From: an uncultured delta proteobacterium
GTDB lineage: Bacteria > Desulfobacterota > Binatia > UBA9968
Reading direction: 5' to 3'
DNA: 64,000 bases
Assembly (NCBI GenBank): GCA_963755715.1
Contig: CAVWLW010000006.1
Location: 1 to 64,000, forward strand
Shown here: positions 10,097-22,156 of the stretch, one piece after another
Layout of the letters: every line of letters starts with the position of its first letter
Numbering within the stretch: position 1 is the first letter of the stretch
Position numbers and translations under genes: made by a program
The notes under the pieces: model-generated
Database searches by the model: none
What the model was told of the DNA's origin: nothing
Seen by the model: only the letters and a program-made list of their open reading frames with translations

Positions 10097-11002
10097 TTAT
10101 TTGACCTTCGGCAAGACTTTTTCGCCGAAGAGATCGAGTTGTCTTGGATCCGGGTCGGCCAGGCCGATGATCAGGGTGTCGAGGCCTTTCGACAGAAAAG
10201 CGCCGATGCGGTCGATGATCGCGCTCGGCGCTCCCACCAGTGACGTGTTCGCCACGTCGACGCGCAGGCGGCCGTAGTAGCGCATCACATAGTCTTCGAC
10301 AGTCTTCACGGCTTTGTTTTGATCGTCGTCGATGGCCATGAACGTCAATCCGGCTTTGTTGATTTTATTTGGGTCGCGTCCGGCGGCTTTGGCATAGCCA
10401 GAGATCTTTTCCCAGGTTGCGGGAAAATCCGGGATCGCCGAGCTGCCGCAGATAAAACCATCTGCCCAGGTGCCGGCGCGCTTGAGCGCGACTTCGGCGC
10501 CGCCGCCGGTCCAAATGGGCGGATGCGGCTTTTGAATTGGCTTCGGGCCGACCGTAAGATTCTCTACATTGTAGAATCTGCCTTTGTGGGTGACGTTGTC
10601 TTCGGTCCAAAGGCGCTTCATTAGCTGTACCTGTTCGACCGCGCGGCTGCCGCGATGCTCGAATGGAATCTCGACGGCTTTGTAATCGTTTTCGCGACTG
10701 CCGAACCCAAGGCCGACGGTTAATCGGCCGTTAGAAATAAAATCCAAGGTAGAAATAATTTTGGCGACGTGGCTGGGATGGCGAAGATTAGCGAGCAGGA
10801 CGGAAGTCCCAAGACGGATCTTCTGTGTGGCTCCGGCCGCGGCGGCGAGGACCGTCAACGGTTCGAGATTGTCATAGACGATCCGATCGATCGTCCACAT
10901 GGAATGACAACCCATCGCCTCGCATTTTTTGGCGAAGTTCACGACGTTTTCTGGTTTCGTTAATGGCGCCGGGTTAACCCAGGCGAGACCGATGTTGGCC
11001 AT
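10097..11002 (-). CDS. LLM-class flavin/F420-dependent oxidoreductase
   Basis: EPLTVLAAAAGATQKIRLGTSVL, TLDFISNGRLTVGLGFG, PKPIQKPHPPIWTGG. Confidence 0.9.
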   Translation of the reverse strand: MANIGLAWVNPAPLTKPENVVNFAKKCEAMGCHSMWTIDRIVYDNLEPLTVLAAAAGATQKIRLGTSVLLANLRHPSHVAKIISTLDFISNGRLTVGLGFGSRENDYKAVEIPFEHRGSRAVEQVQLMKRLWTEDNVTHKGRFYNVENLTVGPKPIQKPHPPIWTGGGAEVALKRAGTWADGFICGSSAIPDFPATWEKISGYAKAAGRDPNKINKAGLTFMAIDDDQNKAVKTVEDYVMRYYGRLRVDVANTSLVGAPSAIIDRIGAFLSKGLDTLIIGLADPDPRQLDLFGEKVLPKVK

Positions 11003-11112
11003 GGCGTTGTTTCCTTTCAAATTCCACGTCGGCCCTCAAAATAGACCAGCCATCGGCCCCTTTTCAAGTTTAGGGCTCTACGATATACCAACTCGACAAG
11101 GAGGAAATAAAA

Positions 11113-11547
11113 ATGGAAGCATCGACATTCAAACTGAAGACCCCGCACATCACCGGCGGGCGCAGTCATATTCCTCTTGCCCAAACTGAGAATATGACGA
11201 TCGGGCTCAATTACTATGTCCCCGGCCGAAAAAATAAACTGCACACGCACCCGGGCGAAGATCATACTTTCGTCGTGATTGACGGGCAGGCGACTTTCTA
11301 CAATAAGGATCATCAGCCGACGGTGCTTAACAAGGGCGAAGGCATCCTGCTGCCGGAAAACCATTACTACTATTTTGCCAGCACCGGTGATAAGCCGCTC
11401 GCCTTGTTCCGCGTGAGCGCGAAGAAAGGCAACAAGCCGAAGGTCGTCCGCGTCGATGCCGAGGGCAACAGGAGACAAGATGAAGAAATTGATTTTATCG
11501 TCGTCGATGGACAAGTGGTTGAGGGACAATATTGGGAGATGAAATAA
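11113..11547 (+). CDS. Cupin domain protein
   Basis: LHTHPGEDHTFVVIDGQATF; strong SD (AAGGAGG). Confidence 0.8.
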   Translation: MEASTFKLKTPHITGGRSHIPLAQTENMTIGLNYYVPGRKNKLHTHPGEDHTFVVIDGQATFYNKDHQPTVLNKGEGILLPENHYYYFASTGDKPLALFRVSAKKGNKPKVVRVDAEGNRRQDEEIDFIVVDGQVVEGQYWEMK

Positions 11548-11553
11548 GCATCG

Positions 11554-12708
11554 ATGAAGATCACCGACGTTCAGACGATCCGATTGCGCGCGGCGATTCC
11601 CGCCGACGGACAAGTGTTCAGCCGTTCCGGTGTCAGAAGCACGCGCTCCACGACGTTGGTGCGAGTCGACACCGACGAGGGTATCTCTGGAATCGGCTCT
11701 GCTTCCGGTAACGGCGAACTGATCGAAGTGATCGTCGCCAAGGTCATTAAACCGCTGCTCGTCGGCATGGATCCGACGGAGATCGATGCGATCTGGGATA
11801 GAGTCTACGTGCGCGGCGGGCATAAGGAATTCGGCACGCGCGGCATCGGCGTCGTCGCCCTGAGCGGCGTCGACATCGCGCTGTGGGATATCCTCGGTAA
11901 AGCGCGCGGCGTGCCGCTCTACCAGCTTCTTGGCGGGAAGTGTCGCGACAAAGTTCCAGTTTATGCCACGGCGCTTTATCCCGAAGAACCTTCGAAGGTC
12001 GCTCGACGCGCGCGCGGTTTTGCCGATCAGGGGTTTCACGGCGTGAAGATCAAAGTCGGTTTCGATCTTGATCAGGACATTCGCATCGTACGCGCGGTAC
12101 GCGAAGAACTGGGCAAAGATTTTATCGTCATGACCGACGCGAATCAGGGCTACAGCGTCGACGTGGCGCTCAAAGCCAGCGATGCGTTTGCCGACTGCGG
12201 CGCCTACTGGCTTGAAGAACCTCTTTTTGTCGAGGACATCGAAGGCCACGCGATCCTTCGTGAAAAGAGCAAGACACCGATTGCGGTCGGCGAAAACTTG
12301 CACATGTGTTATGCGTTCGAGAATTTCATCATGCGCGGCGCGGTAGATTTCATTCAGCCGGATGTGGCGCGCGCAGGTGGTATCACGGAGATAAGAAAAA
12401 TCACGGCGCTAGCGGCGCGGCACAAGGTTCCCGTGTCGTTTCACACCTGGGGCGACGGAGTTGCCCTTGCCGCCAGTGTCCATTTATCGGCGGCGCTCAA
12501 AGATTGCATCGTGATGGAGCTCGATTACACTTACAATCCATTGCGCGAAGAATTATTGCGCGAGCCGTTCAAAGTGCAAAACGGTTTTCTGATCCCACCC
12601 GAAAGACCCGGGCTGGGCATTGAGCTCAATCCAAATGCTCTTGAGCGCTTTGCTTTTTCCGGCAGCGAAGATCTCGCCATTCGGCAGAAAACGTTGGCAA
12701 CCGGCTGA
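11554..12708 (+). CDS. Mandelate racemase/muconate lactonizing enzyme family
   Basis: SGVDIALWDILGK, KIKVG, DANQ, WLEEP, AVGEN, QPDV, FHTW. Confidence 0.92.
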   Translation: MKITDVQTIRLRAAIPADGQVFSRSGVRSTRSTTLVRVDTDEGISGIGSASGNGELIEVIVAKVIKPLLVGMDPTEIDAIWDRVYVRGGHKEFGTRGIGVVALSGVDIALWDILGKARGVPLYQLLGGKCRDKVPVYATALYPEEPSKVARRARGFADQGFHGVKIKVGFDLDQDIRIVRAVREELGKDFIVMTDANQGYSVDVALKASDAFADCGAYWLEEPLFVEDIEGHAILREKSKTPIAVGENLHMCYAFENFIMRGAVDFIQPDVARAGGITEIRKITALAARHKVPVSFHTWGDGVALAASVHLSAALKDCIVMELDYTYNPLREELLREPFKVQNGFLIPPERPGLGIELNPNALERFAFSGSEDLAIRQKTLATG

Positions 12709-12898
12709 CAGTCTACTTTCCGAAAATTAGTTCAGCATCTTTTTCGTTTCGAGCTGATCGTCAAATTCGACTGGACGGTCCGTTGAGGATTTCTGTCCAG
12801 CGTTCGAATAATACCGTTTCTGACGCACTGCTGCTTTTCGATCTTGATCTCCCAGGAGCTTCTGGTAATCCGCACGAGAATTCTCGTCAAGTTTCTAA

Positions 12899-12913
12899 TG
12901 GCATGGCGCTTGC
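12899..12913 (+). promoter_or_regulatory. sigma54 (-24/-12) promoter
   Basis: TGGCATGGCGCTTGC 40 bp before ATG 12954; perfect palindrome ACGAGAATTCTCGT at 12874-12887. Confidence 0.7.
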
Positions 12914-12953
12914 GCCGTCTTCCTGAGTTTCAATTTTCATTCGGGAGGGGCGC

Positions 12954-14610
12954 ATGATTAGACGTTATTTTCGTCGTTTGACCAAGCGATTGCCGGCGCT
13001 GGTTGCGCTGGTAACTTTGCTGGCATTTCAAACCGCTTCGACGATTCCAGCGTGGGCGATGAGTTCCGTTCGCGGTGGCGCGTTGCCGCAGCCGTTGCCG
13101 CTTTTTCCGACCGACAACTGGTGGAATCTCGATATCAGTAGTTGGCCGGTGGATGGAAATTCGGCTAACTACATTTCGTTCATCAACAACGGCGGCACGC
13201 GGCGTTTGCATCCTGACTTTGGCGGTAACGACACCAGCACGGCGAACGGAATTTACGGCATGCCGTACGCGGTGGTTACCGGCGTCACGAGTGCGGATTT
13301 GCAAAGCGTGCAGTTTCAATATTGGGATGAGAGCGACGGCGTGAATCTGAACACCGGCGCAAGTTTTTCTTTTTATCCGATTCCTCCCGAGGCGATTACA
13401 CAGGCACGCTGGATTGAAGGCGGCGATCCCGGCAACATCGACCGGCGCAGCAGCCAGGATCGCCATCTCCTGATCGTCGATCGCGATCGCAATTATCTCT
13501 ACGAGCTTTACAACGTTTTCTACGACACGACACAGGCAAAATGGTTCGCCGGTTCGGGAGCTTTTTTCGACATGAATACGAACCATCGGCGGCCTGATAC
13601 CTGGACATCGGCCGATGCGGCGGGTTTGGCGATCCTGCCCGGGACTTGTCGGTACGACGAAGTTTACGATCCGGCGGTCACTGAGATTCGTCACGCATTG
13701 CGCGTGACGGTGCGCGCGACCAACGGTTACGTTTATCCGGCGTCACATCGCGCCGGCTCGACTTCCGGCGCATTGCCGATGGGCGCGCGGCTGCGCTTGA
13801 AGCCGGGGATCGACATCACCCAGCGCACCAGCGATCTCAATGTTCAGAGAATCTTTCGCGCGATGCAAAAGTATGGACTGATCGTCGCCGACAACGGTTC
13901 GGATATGTATATCAGCGGCACCTACGACACGCGCTGGAACAACGATATTCTCAATCCGGCATTCAGCAACCTGACGGCAAACGATTTTGAAGTGATTCAG
14001 CTCGGATACAATCCGGCGCCGGCGGCACCGGCGAGTCTGAGTTCTCTCAGCTTGAATCCCTCGACGGTGACCGGAGGCCAAACAGTGACGGGAACGGTGA
14101 GTTTGACGGTGCCGGCGCCTTCGGGTGGCGCGCTGGTCAATTTATCAAGCGCCAACCCCGCGGCCACGGTGCCAAGCTCCGTTACCGTGCCGTTTAATAG
14201 CTCGTCCGCGAACTTCACCGTGAATACAACTTCGGTCAGTGCTACCACCGCTGGAAACATCACGGCGGTTTATGCCGGGGTTAGCAAGTCGGCAACCCTC
14301 ACGGTGAATGCAGCGGTGCCCGCTGTGCTTTCATCGCTGACGCTGAATCCGTCGAGCGTGGTCGGCGGCTCGACTTCGGTCGGGACGGTGACTCTAACCA
14401 AGCCCGCGCCGGCGAGCGGCGCGATTGTCACGCTCACGAGCTAATAAGACGGTCGCGACGGTCCCGGCAAGCGTCAACATTGCACCGGGCGCGAGTTCAG
14501 CGACCTTTAACATCGTCACCAAAACGACCAATAAGAAAGTCACGGTGAGTATCGGCGCAAGTTATGGTGGTATCACTAAGAGCGCAACCTTAACGGTTGT
14601 TAGAAGATAG
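12954..14610 (+). CDS. Secreted protein: uncharacterised N-terminal domain plus two Ig-like repeats; frameshift near 14440
   Basis: Signal peptide; two repeats of LSSLxLNPSxVxGG...SATLTV; ORF 14425..14610 completes repeat 2. Confidence 0.75.
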
Positions 14611-14634
14611 ATTTTTAAAGCGGTCTTTCAGCGC

Positions 14635-14673
14635 AAAAGAGCCCGGCTGGGTTATCAGCCGGGCTCTTTTTTT
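14635..14673 (+). terminator. Rho-independent terminator (bidirectional)
   Basis: AAAAGAGCCCGGCTG-GGTTAT-CAGCCGGGCTCTTTTTTT. Confidence 0.9.
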
Positions 14674-14769
14674 ATGCACCCAAGCTCCGCCGCGGTGCCA
14701 TGCCTGGCACGCTGGATCACTTGCTAATTAGTTGCCTTCAGCCTCGGAGTTGTTAAGATTAGTCGCTTC

Positions 14770-16146
14770 ATGTACGAGGAAACCACCATAGCCGCGATTG
14801 CGACGCCGCCAGGCGAAGGCGGGGTGGCCATCATTCGAATCAGCGGGATGGATGCGGAAAAAATCGCGGCGAGAATTTTTCATCGCATGCGCAAAAGCAG
14901 CACTGGCCAGCTCGAATCGCACCGGCTCTATCATGGCCAGATTCGCGATCCGCGGTCCGGCCAAGTGCTCGATGAAGTCTTACTCACGATTATGCGCAAT
15001 CCGCGCAGCTATACAGGGGAGGACGTCGTGGAAATTCACTGTCACGGCGGCGCGTTCGTGGTAAAGCAGATTTTGGCATTGATCCTAACCGAAGGCGCGC
15101 GACAGGCCGAGGCCGGAGAATTTACCAAGCGCGCATTTCTCAACGGGCGGCTCGATCTTGCGCAAGCAGAAGGGGTGCTGGATCTGATCCGCGCGCGCAC
15201 CGACAAGGGCGCGGCGCTGGCGCTCAATCAAAGCGGCGGCGCACTGTCGCAGCGCGTTGACGAGTTGCGCGAAGCGCTGCTCAATGTATTGGTTCAAGTG
15301 GAAGCCGCGATCGATTTCCCTGAAGAGGAAATAGAGCTCCTGCGGCACCATGAGCTGGTCGAAAAAATTAACGCCTTGCGGCTGACGATAAATGATATTT
15401 CGGCAACTTACGATTGGGGAAGGCTCTTTCGTGAAGGCGCCAGGGTGTGCATCTGTGGGCGGCCGAACGTGGGCAAATCCAGTTTGCTCAATGCCCTGCT
15501 TGGCGAGGATCGGGTGATCGTTACGCCGATACCTGGCACCACCCGCGATGTAATTGAGGAGTCAATCAATTTAAACGGCTTGCCGGTGGTGGTCGGAGAT
15601 ACCGCCGGCATCCGCGAGACGGAGGATCAAATTGAGCGGATGGGGATCGACTTCACGCGCCAGCATCTGGACAAAGCCGACGCAGTTATTGTCGTCCTCG
15701 ATGGTTCCGAGCCGCTCGCTCGCGATGACGAGACTTTACTCCTCTCCGTGAAACACAAAAAAGTCCTCCTGGCGATCAATAAGAGCGACCTACCTCAGAC
15801 GCCGTCCGCAGACGCAGTGGCGCAGCTCGATTGCCCGAGCAAGATCTTTATATCGGCAAAGACGGGCGCCGGGATCACTCAACTAAAAGAGCATCTCAGG
15901 AATCTGCTTGTTGACTCGGAAGTCGAAACGCCGGTCGTCATCACCAACTTGCGTCATCGCAGTGCTTTACAACGAAGCGCAGAAGCGTTGGCCCAAGCAG
16001 CGGCGGCAGTTGATGAAAGATACGCTCCAGAGTTTGTCGCGATCGACCTCAACGAGGCGCGTGAAGCGCTTGAAGAAATTACCGGAATAATCAAAAGTGA
16101 TGATATTTTAGAACGTATTTTTTCTAATTTTTGTATTGGAAAATAG
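14770..16146 (+). CDS. mnmE: tRNA modification GTPase MnmE
   Basis: TIAAIATPPGEGGVAIIRISG, SYTGEDVVEIHCHGG, GRPNVGKSS, DTAG, NKSD, C-terminal FCIGK. Confidence 0.97.
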   Translation: MYEETTIAAIATPPGEGGVAIIRISGMDAEKIAARIFHRMRKSSTGQLESHRLYHGQIRDPRSGQVLDEVLLTIMRNPRSYTGEDVVEIHCHGGAFVVKQILALILTEGARQAEAGEFTKRAFLNGRLDLAQAEGVLDLIRARTDKGAALALNQSGGALSQRVDELREALLNVLVQVEAAIDFPEEEIELLRHHELVEKINALRLTINDISATYDWGRLFREGARVCICGRPNVGKSSLLNALLGEDRVIVTPIPGTTRDVIEESINLNGLPVVVGDTAGIRETEDQIERMGIDFTRQHLDKADAVIVVLDGSEPLARDDETLLLSVKHKKVLLAINKSDLPQTPSADAVAQLDCPSKIFISAKTGAGITQLKEHLRNLLVDSEVETPVVITNLRHRSALQRSAEALAQAAAAVDERYAPEFVAIDLNEAREALEEITGIIKSDDILERIFSNFCIGK

Positions 16147-16205
16147 CATAATATATTTAATTATACAAAAAGTAAAATATTATTAAGTAATGGTCGACAG
16201 CCAGC

Positions 16206-16219
16206 GTTTCACGTGAAAC
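16206..16219. promoter_or_regulatory. parS centromere site
   Basis: Perfect GTTTCACGTGAAAC palindrome 1 bp before the mnmG ATG. Confidence 0.9.
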
Positions 16220-16220
16220 T

Positions 16221-18102
16221 ATGAATGAATCAAGTATCTACGACGTAATAGTTGTCGGTGCTGGTCACGCCGGCATTGAGGCCTGCCTAGCCGCGTCACG
16301 GATGGGCTGCAAGACCTTGATGCTGACTTTGAATCTCGACCACATCGGTCAGATGTCGTGTAATCCGGCGATAGGCGGCATAGGTAAGGGTCATCTCGTC
16401 AAGGAGATCGATGCTCTTGGTGGTGAAATGGGCCGAGCGATTGACGAGACTGGTATCCAGTTCCGCATGCTCAATACCAAGAAGGGTCCCGCCGTGCGCG
16501 CATCGAGGGCGCAGGCCGATAAGGCGCTTTACCGCCAGAGAATGAAAAAAGAGCTGGAGAGTTGCCCGGGTCTTTCGTTGCGTCAAGGTAGCGTGGAGTC
16601 GTTGATTGTCGAAGATGGACTGATAAGAGGCGTCGAGACACAAATCGGCGAGAAATTTCTGGGCCGCCGAGTGATCCTGACAACGGGAACTTTCCTTAAG
16701 GGGCTCATTCATGTCGGCGATCGAAATTTTTCCGCAGGACGTTCCGGAGACTTTGCGGTTCACGGCTTGAGTGAGTCATTGGTCAACTTGGGTTTTAAGG
16801 TTGGTCGATTGAAGACCGGCACTTGTCCGCGTTTAGACAGCCGCACCATCGACTATTCAAGCTTAGAGGTACAATACGGTGATGAAAACCCCGTGCCGTT
16901 TTCATTCACCGAGCGATGGGATCAAGCAACGTCAGGTGCCTTGTCATATTACTTACACCAATAACCAAACCCACGAGATCATCCGTTCGGCGTTGCATCG
17001 ATCGCCGATGTATTCGGGTGTTATAAAGAGTCGAGGACCGCGGTATTGCCCGTCGATTGAAGATAAGATCCATCGATTCGCCGATAAGAGCAGGCACCAG
17101 ATTTTTCTCGAACCCGAAGGATTAGACACGGTTGAAGTTTATCCGAACGGTCTATCGACGAGCTTGCCGTTGGATGTCCAGATCGAGATGGTCCGATCGA
17201 TTCAAGGTTTGGAAAAGGCGGAAATCATGCGCCCTGGGTATGCGATCGAGTATGACTATTTTGAGCCGACCCAGCTTTATCCGACTTTGGAAACCAAACT
17301 GGTTCGAGGGCTCTACCATGCCGGCCAAATCAATGGCACAACCGGCTACGAAGAAGCCGCGGCTCAGGGCATCATGGCCGGCATCAACGCAGTTCTCAGT
17401 ATACGTGGTGACAAGCCGTTGGTCCTTTCGCGCGAACAGGCTTACATCGGAGTGTTGATCGATGATTTGGTTACGAAGGGAACTGACAACGAACCCTATC
17501 GGATGTTTACCTCGCGGGCTGAATATCGCTTGTTGCTGCGCGAGGATAATGCCGATCTACGATTGACCGAAATCGGCCATGATATCGGCTTGGCTTCCGA
17601 TTCGCTCTGTCACGGAGTAAGTAACAAACGGCAGGCGGTTGGCGATTTAGTTTCTTACTTGGAGCAGAATCTACGCGTGCCAGACGATTGAAACCAATTC
17701 AATATTAAATCGTTCGCGTCCGTGCCGCTGCGCAATCAGGCGACCTTAGCTCAGATATTGCGCCGCCCGGAGATATCGCTTGCGCAGATCAGAATGCTGC
17801 ATCCCGATGTGCCGCGTTATTCTCAGGATGTGGATGCCCAGGCTGAAATTCAATTGAAGTATGAAGGCTACGTAACTCGACAGCTCGATATCGTCGAGAG
17901 ATTTAAGAAAATGGAAAACGCGCAATTGCCAGTTCATATCGACTATTCCAAGATCAGTGGGCTTTCACGCGAGGTCTGTGAGAAATTGTCCAGGGTGAGG
18001 CCTCAGTCCATCGGTCAGGCATCACGAATTCCGGGTATAACACCAGCAGCAATCTCTCTCCTTTCTTTTTACGTTAAGAAGAGAAGTGCATCCCACGCTT
18101 AA
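16221..18102 (+). CDS. mnmG: tRNA uridine-5-carboxymethylaminomethyl synthesis enzyme MnmG; frameshifts near 16910 and 17680
   Basis: [76 protein letters not shown] across three ORFs. Confidence 0.95.
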
Positions 18103-18123
18103 TTAGTGTTCGCAAGTTCCTCA

Positions 18124-18137
18124 GTTTCACGTGAAAC
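18124..18137. promoter_or_regulatory. parS centromere site
   Basis: Perfect GTTTCACGTGAAAC between mnmG and parA. Confidence 0.9.
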
Positions 18138-18231
18138 GGAATAATTTGCTTTTAATTCGGCTCCGTTTGTGGTAAATCTTTGATATCTTGACGATAGTTT
18201 AGTAACTATATTGAAATATAAAGAGAATATT

Positions 18232-19026
18232 GTGGGCTACGTGATTGCGATTGCGAATCAAAAAGGTGGTGTTGGGAAAACCACAACAGCGATCAACCTC
18301 GCTGCATCGTTAGCGCTCGAGTCGAAAAGGACGCTGTTGGTGGACATCGATCCTCAGGGCAATAGCACCAACGGCCTCGGCGTCGACCGATCCGTCCTGA
18401 CGTCGAGTCTTTACCATGTGCTCGATGGCTCCCGCTTCATCGGTGAAGTTTTGTGTCGGACCGAGCTGCCCCAACTACTCCTGATTCCGGCGAGCAAGGA
18501 TTTGGTCGGCGCCGAGGTTGAGTTGGTCGGCGCGGACCGCCGGGAGTATCGATTGAAAGATGCGCTTTCGACCCTCGCATCTCATTATGACTATGTCTTT
18601 CTCGACTGCCCGCCGTCTTTAGGGCTGCTGACGCTCAACGCATTGAGCGCGGCGGACCTGTTGCTGATTCCGATTCAAAGCGAATATTACGCTCTCGAAG
18701 GTCTGAGCTCTATTCTTGAAACCCTGAGCTTGGTGCAAAAGAGTTTCAATCCGGCGCTGCGGCTCGGCGGTATCGTGATCACGATGTTCGACAGTCGCAA
18801 TCGCTTATCGCATCAGGTGGTCGAAGAAATTCGCGCGCATTTCCCGGACAAGCTTTTTCGAACGATCATTCGCCGCAACGTGCGCCTGAGCGAATGCCCG
18901 AGCTACGGCAAGCCGATTTGTTTATATGACCCCGGCTCTACTGGAGCCCAGGATTATCGTGATTTAGCCAAGGAGTTGATTAACCGTGGAGAACACAATG
19001 GCGATGCAGAAAAAGGGCTTGGGTAG
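18232..19026 (+). CDS. parA: Chromosome partitioning ATPase ParA/Soj
   Basis: [36 protein letters not shown]. Confidence 0.95.
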   Translation: MGYVIAIANQKGGVGKTTTAINLAASLALESKRTLLVDIDPQGNSTNGLGVDRSVLTSSLYHVLDGSRFIGEVLCRTELPQLLLIPASKDLVGAEVELVGADRREYRLKDALSTLASHYDYVFLDCPPSLGLLTLNALSAADLLLIPIQSEYYALEGLSSILETLSLVQKSFNPALRLGGIVITMFDSRNRLSHQVVEEIRAHFPDKLFRTIIRRNVRLSECPSYGKPICLYDPGSTGAQDYRDLAKELINRGEHNGDAEKGLG

Positions 19027-19879
19027 AGGCCTCAGCGCTCTAATACCGAGCGCCGAGCTCAAAACGGAATCGCGAGCGGAACAGACGCCGCCGGAGATTG
19101 CTGTCGATCGAATCACACCGAGCCCATTCCAGCCGCGGCGCAGTTTCGATGAAGCAAAGATCGAAGAGCTGGCCAGCTCGATTCGCAATCAGGGGATCAT
19201 TCAACCCCTCGTCGTCCGCCCCAAGGGCGACGGCTTTGAGCTGATTGCCGGCGAACGGCGCTGGCGCGCCGCGATGAAGGCCGGCTTGAGCCGAGTGCCG
19301 GTGGTGATCCGTGAAGCCAGCGATCACGAGGCCTTGCAACTCGCTCTGGTGGAAAATCTCCAACGGGAAGATCTGAATGCCATCGAAGAAGCTAACGGTT
19401 ACCGGCGCCTGCAAGAAGAGTTTCAGTGGAGCCAGGAAGAAATGGCCGAGAGAGTCGGCAAGAGCCGCCCGGCCATTGCCAATTCTCTGCGGATGCTGTC
19501 GTTGCCCGCCGAAGTGCAGCAGGAAGTTGTCGCGGGTAATCTGCCCGCCGGTCAAGCGCGCGCTTTGCTCGGCCTACACACCGAAGCCTTGATTATTTCG
19601 GCGAGCCGCGAAGTCATCGCGAAGGGACTTTCCACGCGCGAAACAGAGAAAATGGTCCGCCTTCTGCTTATCGGACGCAAACGACGACGCCAAGTTTCCC
19701 TCATGGATCCTGATTTAAAATCGATCGTCGAAGAACTACAGCGCGCTCTAGGCACGCGCGTCCGACTGGTTCCCAAGGCGCGCACGAGCAAGGGCAAGAT
19801 CGAGATTGAATATTACACCTTGCCGGATCTCGACCGGATTATTCAATCGATTACAAAAAGCAGCACGGCCGGTGCGTAG
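18998..19879 (+). CDS. parB: Chromosome partitioning protein ParB/Spo0J
   Basis: [49 protein letters not shown]. Confidence 0.95.
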   Translation: MAMQKKGLGRGLSALIPSAELKTESRAEQTPPEIAVDRITPSPFQPRRSFDEAKIEELASSIRNQGIIQPLVVRPKGDGFELIAGERRWRAAMKAGLSRVPVVIREASDHEALQLALVENLQREDLNAIEEANGYRRLQEEFQWSQEEMAERVGKSRPAIANSLRMLSLPAEVQQEVVAGNLPAGQARALLGLHTEALIISASREVIAKGLSTRETEKMVRLLLIGRKRRRQVSLMDPDLKSIVEELQRALGTRVRLVPKARTSKGKIEIEYYTLPDLDRIIQSITKSSTAGA

Positions 19880-19927
19880 AATGTCTGTGGGAGAATTACT
19901 TGGCCTATTTTCTAATCACGTGAGCCT

Positions 19928-21987
19928 CTAGCTTTGCAATAGCGATTTGAGCTCGGCGGGATTCGTTACGGGTGCGGAACAAGTAAAATTCTGACAGAGA
20001 TAGGCGGTGGGTTGGCCGTTCACCTGAGTTTTTCCGCGCAGAAGCGGCGAAATATCTTCGAGTGCCTGCTCGGCGCCGACAAGTTGCAACACTTTGTTCG
20101 GTAAATAAATCCGGTGGACTTCAGCCAAAAGGGCTTTTGTCCGCGGATCATCAGCGTTGCCGACGACGACAATCTCTTTGGGCGGATTAAGGTGCTGATC
20201 GACGGCACAGAGCATGTGCGCGAAACCAAAAGGCTGGTTTTCCATCACATCATAGTAAGAGCGCAGGACCTTTTCGGCGCGGGCGCGATAATCATCCTGG
20301 CCGGTGATGTGGTGAAGGCGGAGCAGCAACTGGGTCGCCATCGCGTTGCCCGAAGGGAATCGAAGCGTCAAAGATCGGTTTTGCCCGGCTAATAAGTTGC
20401 TCGTGCGATTTGCCGGTATAGAAAAAACCTCCCTCCTCCTCGTCCCAAAACTCGCGCAGCATGATCTCATTGAGTTGCAGCGCGCGGTCCAAAAACGCGC
20501 GATCCAGTAGCGTCTCGTAAATATCCAGCAGACCCACCGCCAGGAAGGCGTAGTCGTCCAAATAGCCGAGAAGTTTTGCCTGACCGTCTTTGTAGGTGTG
20601 CAGTAAAAAGCCGTCGCGGAACATCTTGTCGAAGATAAACTCGCTGGTTTGAGTCGCCGCTGTGATGAACGCCTTATCGTCGGAGATTTTGATCGCCGCA
20701 GCGAGCCCGGAAAGCGCCAGACCGTTCCAAGCAGTGATAATCTTTTCGTCGCGAAACGGTTTGCTCCTCTTTTCCCGCTCGGTGAAAAGTTTAGTTTTTG
20801 CTTCGGCGACGAGCGTTTCGATCACCGATTTTTCTTTGCCGAAATATTTAGATCGCCTGCTCGATGGTCAAGATCGGATGCAGGATATTTTTTTCTTCGA
20901 AGTTTCCCTGCTCGCTGACATCGTAGATGCGGCAGAAAACTTCACCGGCCTCTGTGCCGAGGAGCCGGTTAATTTCATCGGCAGTCCAGACGAAGAATTT
21001 CCCTTCCTCGCCCTCGCTATCGGCATCTTGAGTCGAATAAAACCCGCCTCCGGCCTGAAACATCTCGCGCAGCAGATAGCGCGCGGTTTCTTCGACCACC
21101 GATTCAAAAAGAGGCTCGCCGGTGATCGCGTACGCGTGCGCATAGATGCTGAGAAGCTGGGCATTATCATAGAGCATCTTCTCAAAGTGGGGCACCAGCC
21201 ATTTCGCGTCCACCGAATAGCGATGAAAGCCGCCGCCGAGATGATCATAGATGCCGCCTTGAGCCATTTTGGTGAGCGTGTGAACGATCATTTCCAGATA
21301 GCGTTCATTTTTCGAGTGATGAAAATGGCGCAAGAATAACTCGTACACCCCGGCATTGGGAAATTTTGGTGCTTGGCCCAAGCCGCCGTTGTCGGAGTCA
21401 TAAGCGCGGGAAATCTTTTCACAACTTGCAGCGATGATGTCCGGGGAGAAATCTTTGTCGCTCTGATGTGTCTCCGACATGCGTTGAAGAGCGGCGAGAA
21501 TTTCGCCAACGCTCTTTTCGACGTCCGCCGAGCGTTCTCGATAAGCTTGGGATACGCCGAGCAGGATTTTCGGAAATCCCGGCATGCCCTGTCGATCTTC
21601 CGGCGGAAAATAGGTGCCGCCGTAAAAAGGCTTGCCGTCAGGCGTCAAAAACATTGTCATCGGCCAGCCACCGCGGCCCGTGAGCAGCTGCACCGCGTTC
21701 ATATAAATCTCGTCCAAATCGGGACGTTCCTCACGGTCGACCTTAATGCTGATGAACAGGTCATTCATCAGGGCCGCGATTTGTTCGTTCTCAAACGACT
21801 CACGCTCCATTACATGGCACCAGTGACAGGCCGAGTAACCGATACTCAGGAGAACCGGTTTGTTCTCGCGTTTTGCTTTTTGAAATGCTTCGTTGCCCCA
21901 GGGATGCCAATCGACGGGATTATGCGCGTGCTGAAGCAAATAGGGGCTGGTTTCGTGAATTAAGCGATTGCTATGGGCAGCTGTCAT
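19928..21987 (-). CDS. Thioredoxin-domain protein YyaL/SSP411 (DUF255); two frameshifts
   Basis: [73 protein letters not shown]. Confidence 0.92.
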
Positions 21988-22156
21988 TGAATGATCGCCT
22001 TTTCGAGTTGAAGCTATCGTTAAGCTAGCACGAACCGGGGTCTTCCTAAACTAAGCTCGGCGAAATCTTTCTCAACTCAGAAAATTCCATTCCGGTGAAA
22101 ATGTTAGTTCAGCTGCGCAAATCCCTTGCAATGGATTTGGCTGAGATTATTCGCGG

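Noticed and set aside
14705-14725. TGGCACG upstream of mnmE as a sigma54 promoter
   Set aside because: TTGC is not at the required -12 spacing
19912-19927. AATCACGTGAGC as a third parS
   Set aside because: Only the central TCACGTGA matches
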